Source of the DNA: Ginglymostoma cirratum
Lineage: Eukaryota
Assembly (NCBI GenBank): GCA_024137785.1
Contig: JAHRHZ010000032.1
Span: 13,688,400-13,752,399 of the forward strand
DNA: 64,000 bases
Direction: 5' to 3'
Shown here: piece after piece, positions 47,540 to 59,700 of the stretch
Position numbering within the stretch: the first letter of the stretch is position 1
Layout: each line of letters opens with the position of its first letter
Position numbers and translations under genes: made by a program
The notes under the pieces: model-generated
Told to the model about the DNA's origin: nothing
Databases searched by the model: none
The model's input: the letters and a program-made list of their open reading frames with translations, nothing else

Positions 47540-49126
47540 GTAAGTGTTTTTAAGCTATATTTTCTTCTAGAATCACTTTAGATCTGTTGTTTCAGAGTTA
47601 CTTAAATGCTATTTTTTGAAAAAAAAAATCAGATTAGTGTCTTTTTTAATAGAAAAAGACTATCACAGTGTTTTAATACAGGGTTTTGGACTTTAGTTCT
47701 GACTGCATTTAAATTTCAGCCTTTTACACTTGAATCATAAATAAGTTATCTTAATGTTTTATCATCAGACCTGTACAACAGACTGTTCTCGTAAAACTGA
47801 TGCTGCTGAATTTTTGAACTCTTTTTTGTACAAAATTGTTGCTCAACTGGATTTCAATTTGTTTTCCATATATCTGCTTATTGTATTCTTTCAGCTAGAT
47901 ATAGTTACTTTTGCTAAGCATGATTTGAGTTTGTCCCCAACAGGATGTTTTGCTTGATCTGACAAAGTTCATGATATCTCTGGTGACGTGAGAAACTGAG
48001 AATGAATATCATTGTATTGATGTCTCAAATAAACATGTACTACAACTAACTATTATGGACAAACTTTACCTTCACAGGGCTAAAATTAAAGTATTAGATC
48101 AAAACAGAGGAGCATGTTTTTTGTAGAATGTCATGTTTCTCTGGATCCTAAAGTAAAATAGATTATGAGATATACCGTCAGGTCACATGCCATGATAAAA
48201 TAATGCTATCATGAGCATGTCTTTTAAATATATTCTGATATAATGACCATGAGACATAACACATTTGTCCCCCATGGGGCAAAAGCAACTGCCCACATTC
48301 TGGATTTATCAGCCATCTCAAAACTTGTTGAACTGCACTAGAAACAAGTCACCCTCCAGCTCCACACTGTGTTGTCTTTTTCTTGAGAGACTATTTAAGA
48401 GAAAATGAACAAATACAGGAGCACATTTGTTCCCACTAACTACAATGGTGAAAAGACCCATTATCTGTTTTCAGTTGTCTTGATTGATAAGGAAAGTGAG
48501 GAGAACTTTCTTGTTCTTCTTTGCAACTATGCCACAGGATATTTTAATTCCATGTGAAAAGAGTGGACAGTGCCTTAATAGAACATTTCCTGCAATAATG
48601 CAAAATGACAAGGATAATCAGATGGGCTGCATCACCCTGGCCAATCTACCACCCATTGTTTTAAGTACAGTTTATTATCAAAGTAAAATTTCATTCCTAA
48701 TATTTTTGCTTTTTTTGTCAAGCTGATTTCAAGTAGAGCTAATAAATTAATGTTTAAATGCCTTATCACTGAAGAGTCAGACACAAAAATTATCTCTCAG
48801 GGAACTATATAAAACTCTATGAGTAACAAAACCTTTGCTTTGTTTATAGTTAAAATTTCAAATCATTCAATGCTTCCAGGTCAAATAATGTAGATTAAAT
48901 GTAGAGCCGTTCACCCTGCCAAACAGCAAATATAAAACTCAGAAGAACATTGAGTACTGTACTAAAATGAAGATTTCTCAATCCACCTACCTCCCATAAT
49001 CTCTCCGAGATTACAAGTTATGGATATTGCTCACTGTGCATCAACAAGCATTAAAGAAGTGGTAGTGATTAAATTTGCACATTTTGCAATTAGTGATTCG
49101 TAACAATTGCTTTATATTTAATCCAG

Positions 49127-49471
49127 GTTTACTTACTGTTCTTGCATGTTTGGATGAGTCGAGCAGAAATGCAACTCTTGGAGAAAGCATCTTACTGAAT
49201 CCAAACTACACATATTGTGAAATGTGTTCAGTTGAATGGACATTTTCTTCAAACTCAGAGAACCGTCGCATTTCTTCTTATGTCAAAAACGAAGGACCAA
49301 CTTCTGAAACTGTCTTTAGTGCATTCAAACACAGAGTGAACATTGAAGATGATGGCTTTTTTTTACGACTTCAATCTATTCAATTTAATGATACAGGAAA
49401 ATACACTCGAACTTTCACAGCATCAGATGGAACAGAAAGCTGTGTAAGCATAATAATTAATGTATATGCAG
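49127..49471 (+). CDS. Ig V-set domain exon (CD2/SLAM/CEACAM-N-like, no canonical disulfide)
   Basis: Acceptor TTTATATTTAATCCAG|, donor GCAG|GTAAGG, 345 nt phase 1-1 typical of IgSF exons; motifs GESILL, VEWTF, HRVNI, LRLQSIQFNDTGKY; N-glycan sequons NAT, NYT, NDT. Confidence 0.88.
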
Positions 49472-51118
49472 GTAAGGTCTGAGTACCATGCTGGACACAC
49501 CTTATCAATATAATATTTAAGACGATTGTAGAATTTAAGGGATATTGAACAGTTGATAACAATGCTTATTTGGCAAATGAAAGTAGCTGTGAAGATGAAA
49601 GATTGCCCTGGGGAAGGGTAGATTTCCTTAAGGCTTTTATGCAATGCCTCCGTAACATCAACAAAGAGGTTTCCACCAAAATTCCATCAACATTATGGTG
49701 TCAAAATAGGAGAAACACCAAGGAAATACATTTTTCTAGTTTTACTATTCACTTCCCTTCTTCTGACTTACCTACTTCCCTTCTTCAAGTCACTTCCATG
49801 TATTCTGGACCACATGGTTGGCAGTTGACCTTATGGGGTTCCATGCAGTAACCTGTAATATTGCTCGCTTAACAGACAAAAAAATTACACAATAAATTCT
49901 GATTCTAATTTAAATAGGCTAAACTGCAGGCTCCCTCCTGCTCCACCACCGTAACTTTGTTGGATGTTCAGCAGATTCTCCGTAAACGTTCATCAAAAGG
50001 AATCAATCCAACTTCATCTGTTAATAGAGGAGTGGGCTAGCAAATGCCTTGAGAATGTTACCATATGTTCATTGCTGGATTTTCAGAGACAAAAATAAAG
50101 TTTTCATTCACAGTCTTGAGTTTCCAGTACTACAGATTTGGGAATAAAACGGTCATGTTTGTTCAGAAAGAAAAAGTGTTAATGCTTGACAGATTGCATA
50201 CTTACATATTTTCTGAATTTGTAGACTTGCAGGAGAAAATCCTGCTGCTCCTGGTAAAAAAAAAATGCCCTCAGATAAAATTTATCCAACCACGTCCATA
50301 CCTCTCCTTGGCTGAGCTGCCCAGTGTTAAACTTGCAAGACAGGTTACAAGTTAAGCTTCCAGCTTCATTATTCCACTTAAGTGCTAACCTGTCTCCTTT
50401 CAGAAACTTGGCTGATCATCCCATCTCCTGCCCTCATATAACTCAGAAGGAAGTGTGTTGGGATTCATTTTGAGATTGTTAATATTTTTATGCTTCAGCT
50501 AACCGCAAACCACTTGTTTTTGAGGGTTGAAATTGCCTTCTTATTTGAGTGATCTGGAACTCATGGGGGAAGCAGAAACAATCAGTGGTTTCTAAATGAA
50601 ATTCAGTGAGATTGTTGAGGGGAGTAAACTTGCAGGCTACAGGGATACAGAAGGTTAATTGGACCAACCAGCTTGCTCTGTAGAGAGTCGGATGAACTCA
50701 ATAGGTTATCTCCTCATTTTCTATGCTGTTATGACTCTTTGTTTTAACATTTCTGTTGAACTGCAAGCACCATAAAAAATTAATGTTATTATTAGACATC
50801 TTAAGATCTCAGCCAATAATTCTTTTTACTGCTTTTTTCTGTTATTCACACCAACAGATAAAATTACAATGTAAAAAGTATGTAAGATTTCTCATTGGGA
50901 GTATTGTTACATTTTGCTATTGCTATCATTAGTAAAACAACCTGAACTTCATTTCCAGCATTCTAATTGTGGTAGTTGAAAGACAATAATCTGATCTAAT
51001 ACACACTGGAAGCTTAATTCCACTATATTATGATCTTATTTTCTGGTAATCAACAGCAAATTGCTGCTCCATAAACTGCAGTGATTACTTTGTGATCATT
51101 TTACTCTTTATTCTTCAG

Positions 51119-51153
51119 GGAGGATAACAACTCACATCAATTGTGCAGAGTGA
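51119..51153 (+). CDS. Putative terminal coding exon: (G)RITTHINCAE-stop
   Basis: Strong polypyrimidine acceptor TTTTACTCTTTATTCTTCAG| at 51118/51119, phase 1 compatible, TGA at 51151-51153, AATAAA at 51372-51377. Confidence 0.5.
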
Positions 51154-52099
51154 ACCTATTGGCATCCTGAGTACAAATCTAAAATGAAATTAAACTGCTC
51201 CCTAGGTCCATCTCTTATTTGGGGTAAATATATAACACATTCCACAGCTTGAGAAAACAGCAGGAAGCTTTACACAAAGTTGGAAAGCTCCAGATTCAGT
51301 AACTAGTCTGGGTTGAGATATTTTCAGTTAGATCAAGATTGAATGCCCTTGAGCTGAAATGAAGAAATGAAAATAAACAAAGGAATATAGATTCACCTTT
51401 ACTATATCAAAACAGGCAATAGTAAATCAATATTAGCAATTTGGAAAAGAATTGGGATGGAGTGTCATTCAAGAATAATTTATAACTTAGGGTTCACAGT
51501 ATACCATAACCAAAGATCTTTTGTCGGAGTACATCAGGTGAACACTGGTAATGTCAGTTGTTAAGTACAAATAAATGGTCTATCGAAACCAATCGTTATT
51601 TTGTTTTGTGCTTTAAGTCATGAACTGCCTGAGTTTCACTCTCGTGGTTTATGACACCACTGAAACTCCAAAATGAGATGCATATTTGGCAATTAATTTT
51701 GGCAACGGATTATCAATTAGCCTATAATAATTAAAAATTAGAAATTAAATAATTACATTTGTAACTAAATAAAGGGGTATGGGATTTAACAGGAAAGAGG
51801 AGCTGAGGTAGCAGATGAACCATGTTCTTATTGAATGATGAAACAGGCACTAGCCTGCTTCTGCTGCTATTTTCTATGTTTTTAATGTCCCAAAATGCAA
51901 GTTACTTCTAAGTTGTGCAAGTGTGAAATTAATTTTGAAGGAATGAAAAGGCTCAGAAAAGGAGAGCAGCAATTTGCGATGGATTAATCTGTTTAATGCA
52001 TGGTTCTATCCATAGAAATTGAAACAATACAGCATTTCAGTTTGTTATCATTATTTTATGATATATTTTTATGCAAGTTCAGTTAATTGAAGGAGAAAG

Positions 52100-52308
52100 G
52101 AAGAAAGAATCTGCATGTCCATAGTGATGTTCATGATATCAGTATAGTCCATAGCTGACAAAGGAATTTTGAAATGCAGTCACTCTAACATTGTATGAAA
52201 CTGGAATTTTCTGTTTAGATTACATGTTTAGGTTTCCGGAGTGGGACTCAAACCTATGACTCTCTGCATAAGAGACAACAGTGCGATCAGCTGAATCATG
52301 ACTGACAT
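52100..52308 (-). mobile_element. Internally deleted SacSINE1-like SINE
   Basis: Minus-strand tRNA-like head (GTCATAGGTTTGAGTCCCACTCCGGA) and tail resembling 7430-7500. Confidence 0.5.
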
Positions 52309-52879
52309 TTTATCTTACAACCCATTTTAAACTGATGATACAGACAAAAATCTATTATATGTAATTTACTTATTGTATTGAAGACAAGGATGGTGGAATT
52401 CATGTTTTAAAAATGTTGATACTCTTTATGGAAACTGCCTGCAATTTTCTCTGATAACATGATTAAATGCTTCAGGAGAAAGAAAGCTTTGGAGGGATAT
52501 CAGACAGCTAATGTAACTGGTCAGCTGATATTACTTTTTCAAAGTATGAAGAATTGTAAATATTCTGCGTGCAGTAATCTCATTTAGAGAGATTGAAGTG
52601 CATTTGTCAAAACTATGGAGTTAGTCTCCCTCTTCATCATATTAGACAACATCATGTTTTGCTCAAGAGAAAACCCTGTCCCCTCATTCTTGCAAAGTAT
52701 TGTTCCATTTCCAACGTACCTGGATATATTGTATCCTCCTATATCTATGCATTTTTCTTGAAACTCTATGTTTGAATATTTACACAAAGGTTTTCAGCCA
52801 TGCCACAGAACTAAAGGTTCTTCCTAAGTCAGAAAAGATATCCTATGTGGCTGTGAGAAATGTAATCTACTACTCATGA

Positions 52880-53550
52880 TCCTTCTTGAGCTGTTAGCAG
52901 CCTTTGATAATGTTGACCCTTTTATGACACTTGAACCTAAGATGATCTTCTGCCATCATATTCACACCATTACAAAGATCACTCACTTCCAGCTTCATAA
53001 TATTGCCTTAGTCTTGTGACCTCAGATTATCTACTGCCAAAATCCTCAGTGAGACCTTTGATAACATTAAACTCGGCATCTCTAGTTCAACCTTGTGTGC
53101 ACTTAAGGCATCCTGGGGACGAGTGTTTCAAGTTTGCGTAAAGTCCTCCTCATTTATCATACCCTTCTTACAGATGTAACTTGTCTCCCATCATCAAAAA
53201 ATTGAAGTTAAAGTCTCATTCTTGTTTTCAAATCTCTTGATAATTTTGCTACGCTCTACCTCTATATTCACCTCCTGCACAAACATCCCAGATAAGCGTT
53301 GCTTCAAAATTGGTTGATGCACCTTCAGCTATCAAATCTTTAAACTCTGGTCTTCCCTTTCTAAATGTCATTGCTTCTCTATTTTTAACTCTTTTGAAAT
53401 GCTTCTTAGAACCCATCCCCAACCAAAAGTTTGGACATTTTCTCTAATACAAGACTCGGTGTCAAATTTTGTTTGCTAACACTCATGTGAAGAGTCTTGA
53501 GACACTTTATTAGATTAAATGTAATACATAATTAAAAGTTGTTGTTCTTG
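52880..53550 (+). mobile_element. L2 LINE remnant
   Basis: CTTCTTGAGCTGTTAGCAGCCTTTGATAATGTTGAC (LLDLSAAFDTVD-like) and L2-type tail ending ...AAAAGTTGTTGTT. Confidence 0.6.
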
Positions 53551-53859
53551 AAAACCTTAACTACGTAGTAAGGTGATTGTACCTGTGTATGAATATTTGG
53601 ATGCAATTGATGAATTTAGAGATTAAGTGATGTGTTGGTGTTCAAGCTGCCCAAGAAAGAAAGGAATAGAATTTGTTACCTTCCTCATCAAGTCATTGAA
53701 TTTGTTAGTGTCTGTAGGTTTTACAGTAAGAAAAGTGACACTCAATATTGCTGCAATTTGTTGTCATATGGATTGTGAGACCCATTTCTAAAGATTTTTC
53801 TCTTGAGTATGTGGAGGAAAGATTGAGTAACCACTCAGCAAGAAACCATATTACGACCA

Positions 53860-54980
53860 TACAAATTAGGAGCAGCTGTAACCCATTCAGCCCTTTTAGC
53901 TTTGTCTGTCATTCAATAGGTTCATGGCTACTCTAATGATAACCTCAAATCCACAATCCTATTTTAATAACATTTCACGCTCTTGCTTAACAAGAATCTA
54001 TCTACCACTGACTTAAAAAGTCTGAGGGATTTGCTTCCACCCCATCTTCAGAAAAATAAGTTCCAAAACCTCACAACCCTCCGAGATAAAAAAAATTACC
54101 TGATTTTTAAACTGTGACCCCTAGTTCTAGATTCTTCCATAAGAGGAAAACTCTTCTTCACATCTAGCCTGTAAAGACCCCTCAGGATCGTAAAGGTTTC
54201 AATTAAGTCCCCTCTTGTGCTTCTAAACTCCAACAGTTACAAGCCGAGTCTGTTGAACCTTTCCTCATAAACAAGACTCTTATTCGAGGTATTAGTCCAG
54301 TAAACCCTCCCTGATTTGCCTCCAATGCATTTACATTAATCCTAAAATAAATACTCTGCACACTACTCCAAATGTGGTCTTACCAGTGCTTTGTCAAACT
54401 GAAGTATATCCTCCCTACCTTTGTAGTCAGTTCCTGTCAATTCTGTTGGCTTTTCCAAATACTTGCTGTGCCTGCATACTAACCTTTCTCCATTTTAGCA
54501 TGAGGACTCCCAAACCCTTCTGTCTCAGGGCTCTGCAATCTCTTACTATTCAGGTAAGATGCTTTTTTTCATTTTTCCTGCCAAATGTACAGTTTCAAAT
54601 TTTCTAATGTTATATTACATTTGTCACATGCTTGCCCACACACTTAGCTTATCTATATCATTCTGAAGCCAACTTATGTCCAGTTCACAATTTAGTTTCC
54701 TATCTATGTGTTGACAGTAAACTTGGTAACCATGCCTTCCATCCCTTCACCCAAGTCACTCATATAAAATTTAAACAAATGAGGTCCTGCATTTCTCCCA
54801 GTGGAAAGTGCCTTATTAAATTCTGCCAACCTGAAAAAGACCCATTTTTGACTACTCTGCTTTCTCTTAGCCAGTCAATCTTCTAGCCATGCCAATGTAC
54901 TGCCCACAATGCCATGGGGCTTTTGTTTTCTGCAAAAACCCTTCACATGTGGCTTTTACTAATGCCTTCTAAAAGTCTTA
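53860..54980 (-). mobile_element. CR1 LINE 3' fragment
   Basis: AGGAGCAG..CCCATTCAGCCC end; CTGCACACTACTCCAAATGTGGTCT (RPHLE.CAE on the minus strand). Confidence 0.8.
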
Positions 54981-55350
54981 AAGTCTAGATAAAGGAAAGC
55001 AAGCTGTTTCAATTGTCAAAGGGGCAGTGGAGGAAAGAATGGGCCATAAAATACTACTAAGTCATTTAGTCCTGACAGAAGTTTCAGGATTTGGTGACAT
55101 TAGAAAATAGACTGTTGCCAATGTTCCTATAGAACAGGATTCCTCCTCAGAGCTTTTAGTGCCCCCAAATGTCATTGAATTAAAATGGAATTTGGCTGAT
55201 TCAATATAAATTAGTAACCCTGTTATTTTCCCACATGTAATGTAAGCAACTCTTTGGTCATGAATCAGCATAACTTTTAGCCCATCAAACCAATAGGTTA
55301 TATAAATTCACTACTTCCAACCTTTAAGTATTGTCATTGGAATTATTTCA

Positions 55351-55447
55351 CACCAGGTGGCAGTATAACATTTTAAGCATTATTTCCACATCTATCTTAT
55401 CTGAAGTCATCACATGTCATTAGTATGTATTCCTCCAGGTGGCAGTA
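55351..55447 (+). promoter_or_regulatory. Two tandem, same-orientation CTCF-like core motifs
   Basis: CACCAGGTGGCAGTA (55351-55365) and CTCCAGGTGGCAGTA (55433-55447) match the CTCF core CCASYAGRKGGCRS. Confidence 0.5.
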
Positions 55448-57538
55448 TGTTTGCTTGGATACTTCTGAGATGCAGTCAGGTTATGAAAATGTTTCAAACT
55501 CACTATCTATATTAACCTTTTGCCACTTGATTTACCATTTGTCTCTGTATTTGTGAGACTGTCCATCATTAGTGTGTCTTTTGCTAATTGGATTGCATGA
55601 TACTAAGTCCTTAGCTTCTCATTGTCTTTAATTGCGAGAAGAGTAAAGCTGAGGATTTGCAAGAGTCAGAGATTCCATATTCTAGCTACTCTTAACAAGA
55701 ATATTTAATGGAAAGCCATTGATAAAATGTGCTTTAGATAACAATTCTGTAGTTCAGTTAGATGTTGGCATTTGCACCAGACCTATTGGCCCCTTTTCCA
55801 TATTCAGTGAGGTGGTTTGACATTAGTTGTCAAGTTACAATGGATCCTTCCTCCCTGCTCCCCGCATTGGGATGAATGAGTGAGGCGTTTTAATGAAAAG
55901 AGCTCACTTTTTAAAAAACAAACTGCTAGCAGAAAGAGTAGATCTACCAATCAGATGTGTTATAAGTAAACAAATAATCCTGCCAAGTTTGTCAGCCGAA
56001 ATATGCCTCTTGCTTTCAACAACGTCTGCCTTTGTCAACCTTTTATTTTGGACTCCCACAAAAATCTACATGAATGCTGAATCTAACCTAAGTGGTTACC
56101 AACTCTTGCTCATTGGAAAATGTATTATACTCCTAAAGAAATGGACAGAAATCAAACCATGCTGGCTAAATTTTAACTCCCTCCACCTGATAGAAAAACA
56201 GCAGAGATTTAAATGGAATATGGATTCTTGTCCTGCTCTGATTTGGCTGACAGTAATTTTTAATTTGTTTGCTGTCCTATATTCCCTGTAGTATTCTCCT
56301 GCAGGGAAGAAGAGTGTGTTGGTGACGGCCCGGTGATCTGTCTTGAGTGTATGTCTTTTATGGTTGAACCACACAGATGTTCTGAAAAACATGAGGTGTA
56401 GGGAGCAGCAAGGGCTGCAGCATGATAAGGACAGCAGTGCAGGTTATGGAAGGAGGAGAAACTGAGGTGAAGTCAAGTGTGTTGAAATAATTGTGGGATA
56501 ATAAGGCGGGGTGGGGGTTGAGGGAGTAGTTTTGTGAATAGTGAGACTGCTGGTCCTAGGTAAAATTGGCTCAGCTGAAAGGTAGGATTCTGGTGAGGTG
56601 AGACATATCCTTACAGATGCTTTCAAGGCACTAAATTCCCCAGCCATCTCTATTCACCCTTGACAGGTTTTCGTCGAGAGTTATCATCCTGATTGCCTTC
56701 TCCTCTCCACCCAGCACTTGGATCAGATTCTCCAAAACAGCAGTAGGAATTCAAGCTATAGGTCCTTCAGCTATTTCACACTTTTCAAAAGTTTCCTGTA
56801 GTCTGAAGCCAGAAGGTAGCTCCCCTTTAATAAGTGCAGGATGCCTTTAAGAGGCATCAAAGAAGTCTGAATTTTCATTCTAACTGGGCCCCATCTCCAA
56901 ATGGACACCCATCTGATAGGCAATATCGGTATTGTTAGGCATCAAGATGTCTGCTTCTGGCTCAATCTATCACTAATGTTCCAGAGAGAATATCAAGTAC
57001 AAACACGTGACATTTGCAACAACAGTTAATAGTTGGTTTGTCCCGTTGAACATTCTGTTGCAGGCAGCATATTAAATTAGAACACCTGACCAAGTAACAT
57101 GCTTAATTTGATGTGCTTAGTTCTTTCGTCTTTAACAAGCTGAGTGATATATGTGGTCGAAATCAAACGCTTTGCTATAACCAATACTAAATGCTTGTAT
57201 GTCAAGTGTGGACACAATATAAATAGTCTTTCAGTACTGCGTTTGTAATTTTGCCTTAATGCAAGGTCAAAAGGCAAATTCCTTCTATGCCTGTATCATT
57301 TTATGCTCTATTGCCCAAAATGGCCATCCTTGGTGAGACTGATGATTTACTGCACTTTTTTATTGAATGATAAGTCGATTTACAATCAGGACGAACCATT
57401 TACACTTGGATTCTTGCAACCAACAGACTGAATAATTTGTTGACCCTTTAGTCCAAACAGGATCAAACCTAAGTTCAAAGGTGACAGAACAGAATCTAAA
57501 CCCATTTTCCTGCTTAAAGTGAATTAAAATACTCTTAA

Positions 57539-58299
57539 GAGATACTCTTAAGAGGATGATGCGTTGGATCCGAAGAGGATAGGTGGCGAGGAGGCAGACA
57601 GGTCGAAGAGGCGGGGATGGAGCCAGTAAAGGTGAGTGTAGGTGGGGAGGTGGGGAGGAGATAGGTCAGTCCAGGGAGGACGGACAGGTTAAGGGGGCAG
57701 GATGAGGTTAGTAGATAGGAGCTGGGGGTGGGGCTTGAGGTGGGAGGAGGGGATAGGTGGGGACGAGCTGGGCTGGTTTTGAGATGCAGTAGGGGGAGGG
57801 GAGATTTTGAAGCCCCACCCCCATCTCCTACCTACTAACATCATCCAGCCCCCTTGACCTNNNNNNNNNNNNNNNNNNNNNNNNNNNNNNNNNNNNNNNN
57901 NNNNNNNNNNNNNNNNNNNNNNNNNNNNNNNNNNNNNNNNNNNNNNNNNNNNNNNNNNNNNNNNNNNNNNNNNNNNNNNNNNNNNNNNNNNNNNNNNNNN
58001 NNNNNNNNNNNNNNNNNNNNNNNNNNNNNNNNNNNNNNNNNNNNNNNNNNNNNNNNNNNNNNNNNNNNNNNNNNNNNNNNNNNNNNNNNNNNNNNNNNNN
58101 NNNNNNNNNNNNNNNNNNNNNNNNNNNNNNNNNNNNNNNNNNNNNNNNNNNNNNNNNNNNNNNNNNNNNNNNNNNNNNNNNNNNNNNNNNNNNNNNNNNN
58201 NNNNNNNNNNNNNNNNNNNNNNNNNNNNNNNNNNNNNNNNNNNNNNNNNNNNNNNNNNNNCTCGGATTCTCCAGCATCTGCAGTACCTTTTATCTCTGA
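57539..58299. mobile_element. Young Penelope-like insertion with 5' inversion, spanning a gap
   Basis: 57553-57812 minus-orientation PLE sequence, then + orientation ending CAGCATCTGCAGTACCTTTTATCTCTG; TSD TAAAATACTCTTAA at 57525-57538 and 58300-58313. Confidence 0.85.
57861..58260. other. Assembly gap (400 N)
   Basis: Run of n. Confidence 1.
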
Positions 58300-58494
58300 T
58301 AAAATACTCTTAATGCAGCTTAATGCTGATCTCTAACTTAAAATGCCAGAACAGGGAAGGTCAAGATTCATGTGGATGTTGTTTTGATCAAGTTCTTCTG
58401 AACTTTTTATATTTACCAAAATGCAGCTTCAATTGTGAATTTGTTATAAACTGGATACAGAGATCAAAATTGTACTTTTGATGTTCCTTTTGGC

Positions 58495-59700
58495 AAAGCA
58501 TTGAAGTAGGTCATTTTGTGCCTCAAGCCTATTCTGCCATTCAATAATATCAAGGCTGATCTGTGACTGAAATCCATTTACCCATCTCTGCCTCATATCC
58601 ATTAATATTCTAAAGTAAATCTATCAATCTCAGATTTAAAATTTAGAATTGATCTAGCATCAATTGACATTTGTGGAAGAGGGTTCCAAACTTCTACCAT
58701 CCTAAATTTACTCTTGCAGTAATATTTAGACTATCATCCTTTGGGCTTAATTTTCCAACTAGCATAAATAACTGTATACCTTACTTTTTCCCCTTTGTAT
58801 TTTGAAAACTTCAATCAAATCACCCCTCAACATTTTAAATTCAAAGAAACACAATCCTAGTTTGTATAAATCACTCCTTGTAAGTTAACTCTTGAAATTC
58901 AGATATCATTGTGATAAATCTACACTGTGATCCCTCTAAAATCAAGAGCCTTTCTAAAGTGTGGTACCCAGAACTGCTGGCAATGCTCCAGGTGTGGTTT
59001 AAGAGGGCAGCACAGTGGCTCAGTGGTTAACAGTGCTGCCTCACAGCACCAGGGACCCAGGTTCAATTCCACACTCAGGTGACTGTCTGTGTGGAGTTTG
59101 CATGTATCTCCTCTGGCACTCTGGTTTCCTCCCATAGTCAAAGTTATGCAGGTTGGGTGGATTGGCAATGCTAAACTGCCCATAGTGTCAAGGGACGTGC
59201 AGGCTTGGTGGATTGGCCATGGGAAATGCAGAGTTACAAAGACTTGGTGGGGTGGTGGTCTGGGTGGGATGCTCTTTGGAGGGTTGGTATGGACCAAATG
59301 GTCTGCTTCCACACTGTAGGGATTCTACGCAGTAGAGCTTTTCATAACTGAAGTATGATTTTTATCCCCTTATATTTTAGCGATGCAGATAAAACGGAAG
59401 GCATTCCATTCGCCTTTTTGATTGTTTTCTCCACAGGTCCATGACATCATCTGTATGTCTAGATTCCCAACTCTCTTTGGATCTCCACTCTTTCCAGCTT
59501 TTCACCATTTAAAAAATGCTCAGTTTCATCCTGCTTTAGGGGTAGACTGTGTAACTTCACGTTGGTCTACATTGAAATTCATTTTTATCTCAATTTATTT
59601 GACAGTTTTACCCATTTATTTAGCTTTGTGCTTTCGGCTGCACTGCTTAAATTGTGCCTATCTTTGTGTCATTAGAAATGTCGATATGTGACATATCAAT
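58495..59700 (-). mobile_element. CR1 LINE fragment with nested HE1 SINE
   Basis: CCCAGAACTGCTGGCAATGCTCCAGGTGTGG (PHLEHCQQFW on the minus strand) and CR1 3' end at ~58505. Confidence 0.75.
59005..59327 (+). mobile_element. HE1-type V-SINE
   Basis: GGGCAGCACAGTGGCTCAGTGGTTAACAGTGCTGCCTCACAGC...CACACTGTAGGGATTCTA. Confidence 0.9.

Noticed and set aside
49075-49482. Single-exon 135-aa ORF, or a rearranging Ig/TCR/IgNAR V segment
   Set aside because: The ORF ends are intronic (splice sites at 49127 and 49471); the exon includes the G strand, lacks both canonical Cys and is followed by a splice donor rather than a CACAGTG heptamer RSS.
56293-56400. Possible alternative downstream exon of the Ig gene (CTGTAG/CTGCAG acceptors)
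   Set aside because: Reading frames give no TM or Ig-like peptide, and there is no supporting donor or polyA context.
57828-58336. ORFs of 149-160 aa
   Set aside because: Almost entirely X residues from the assembly gap.
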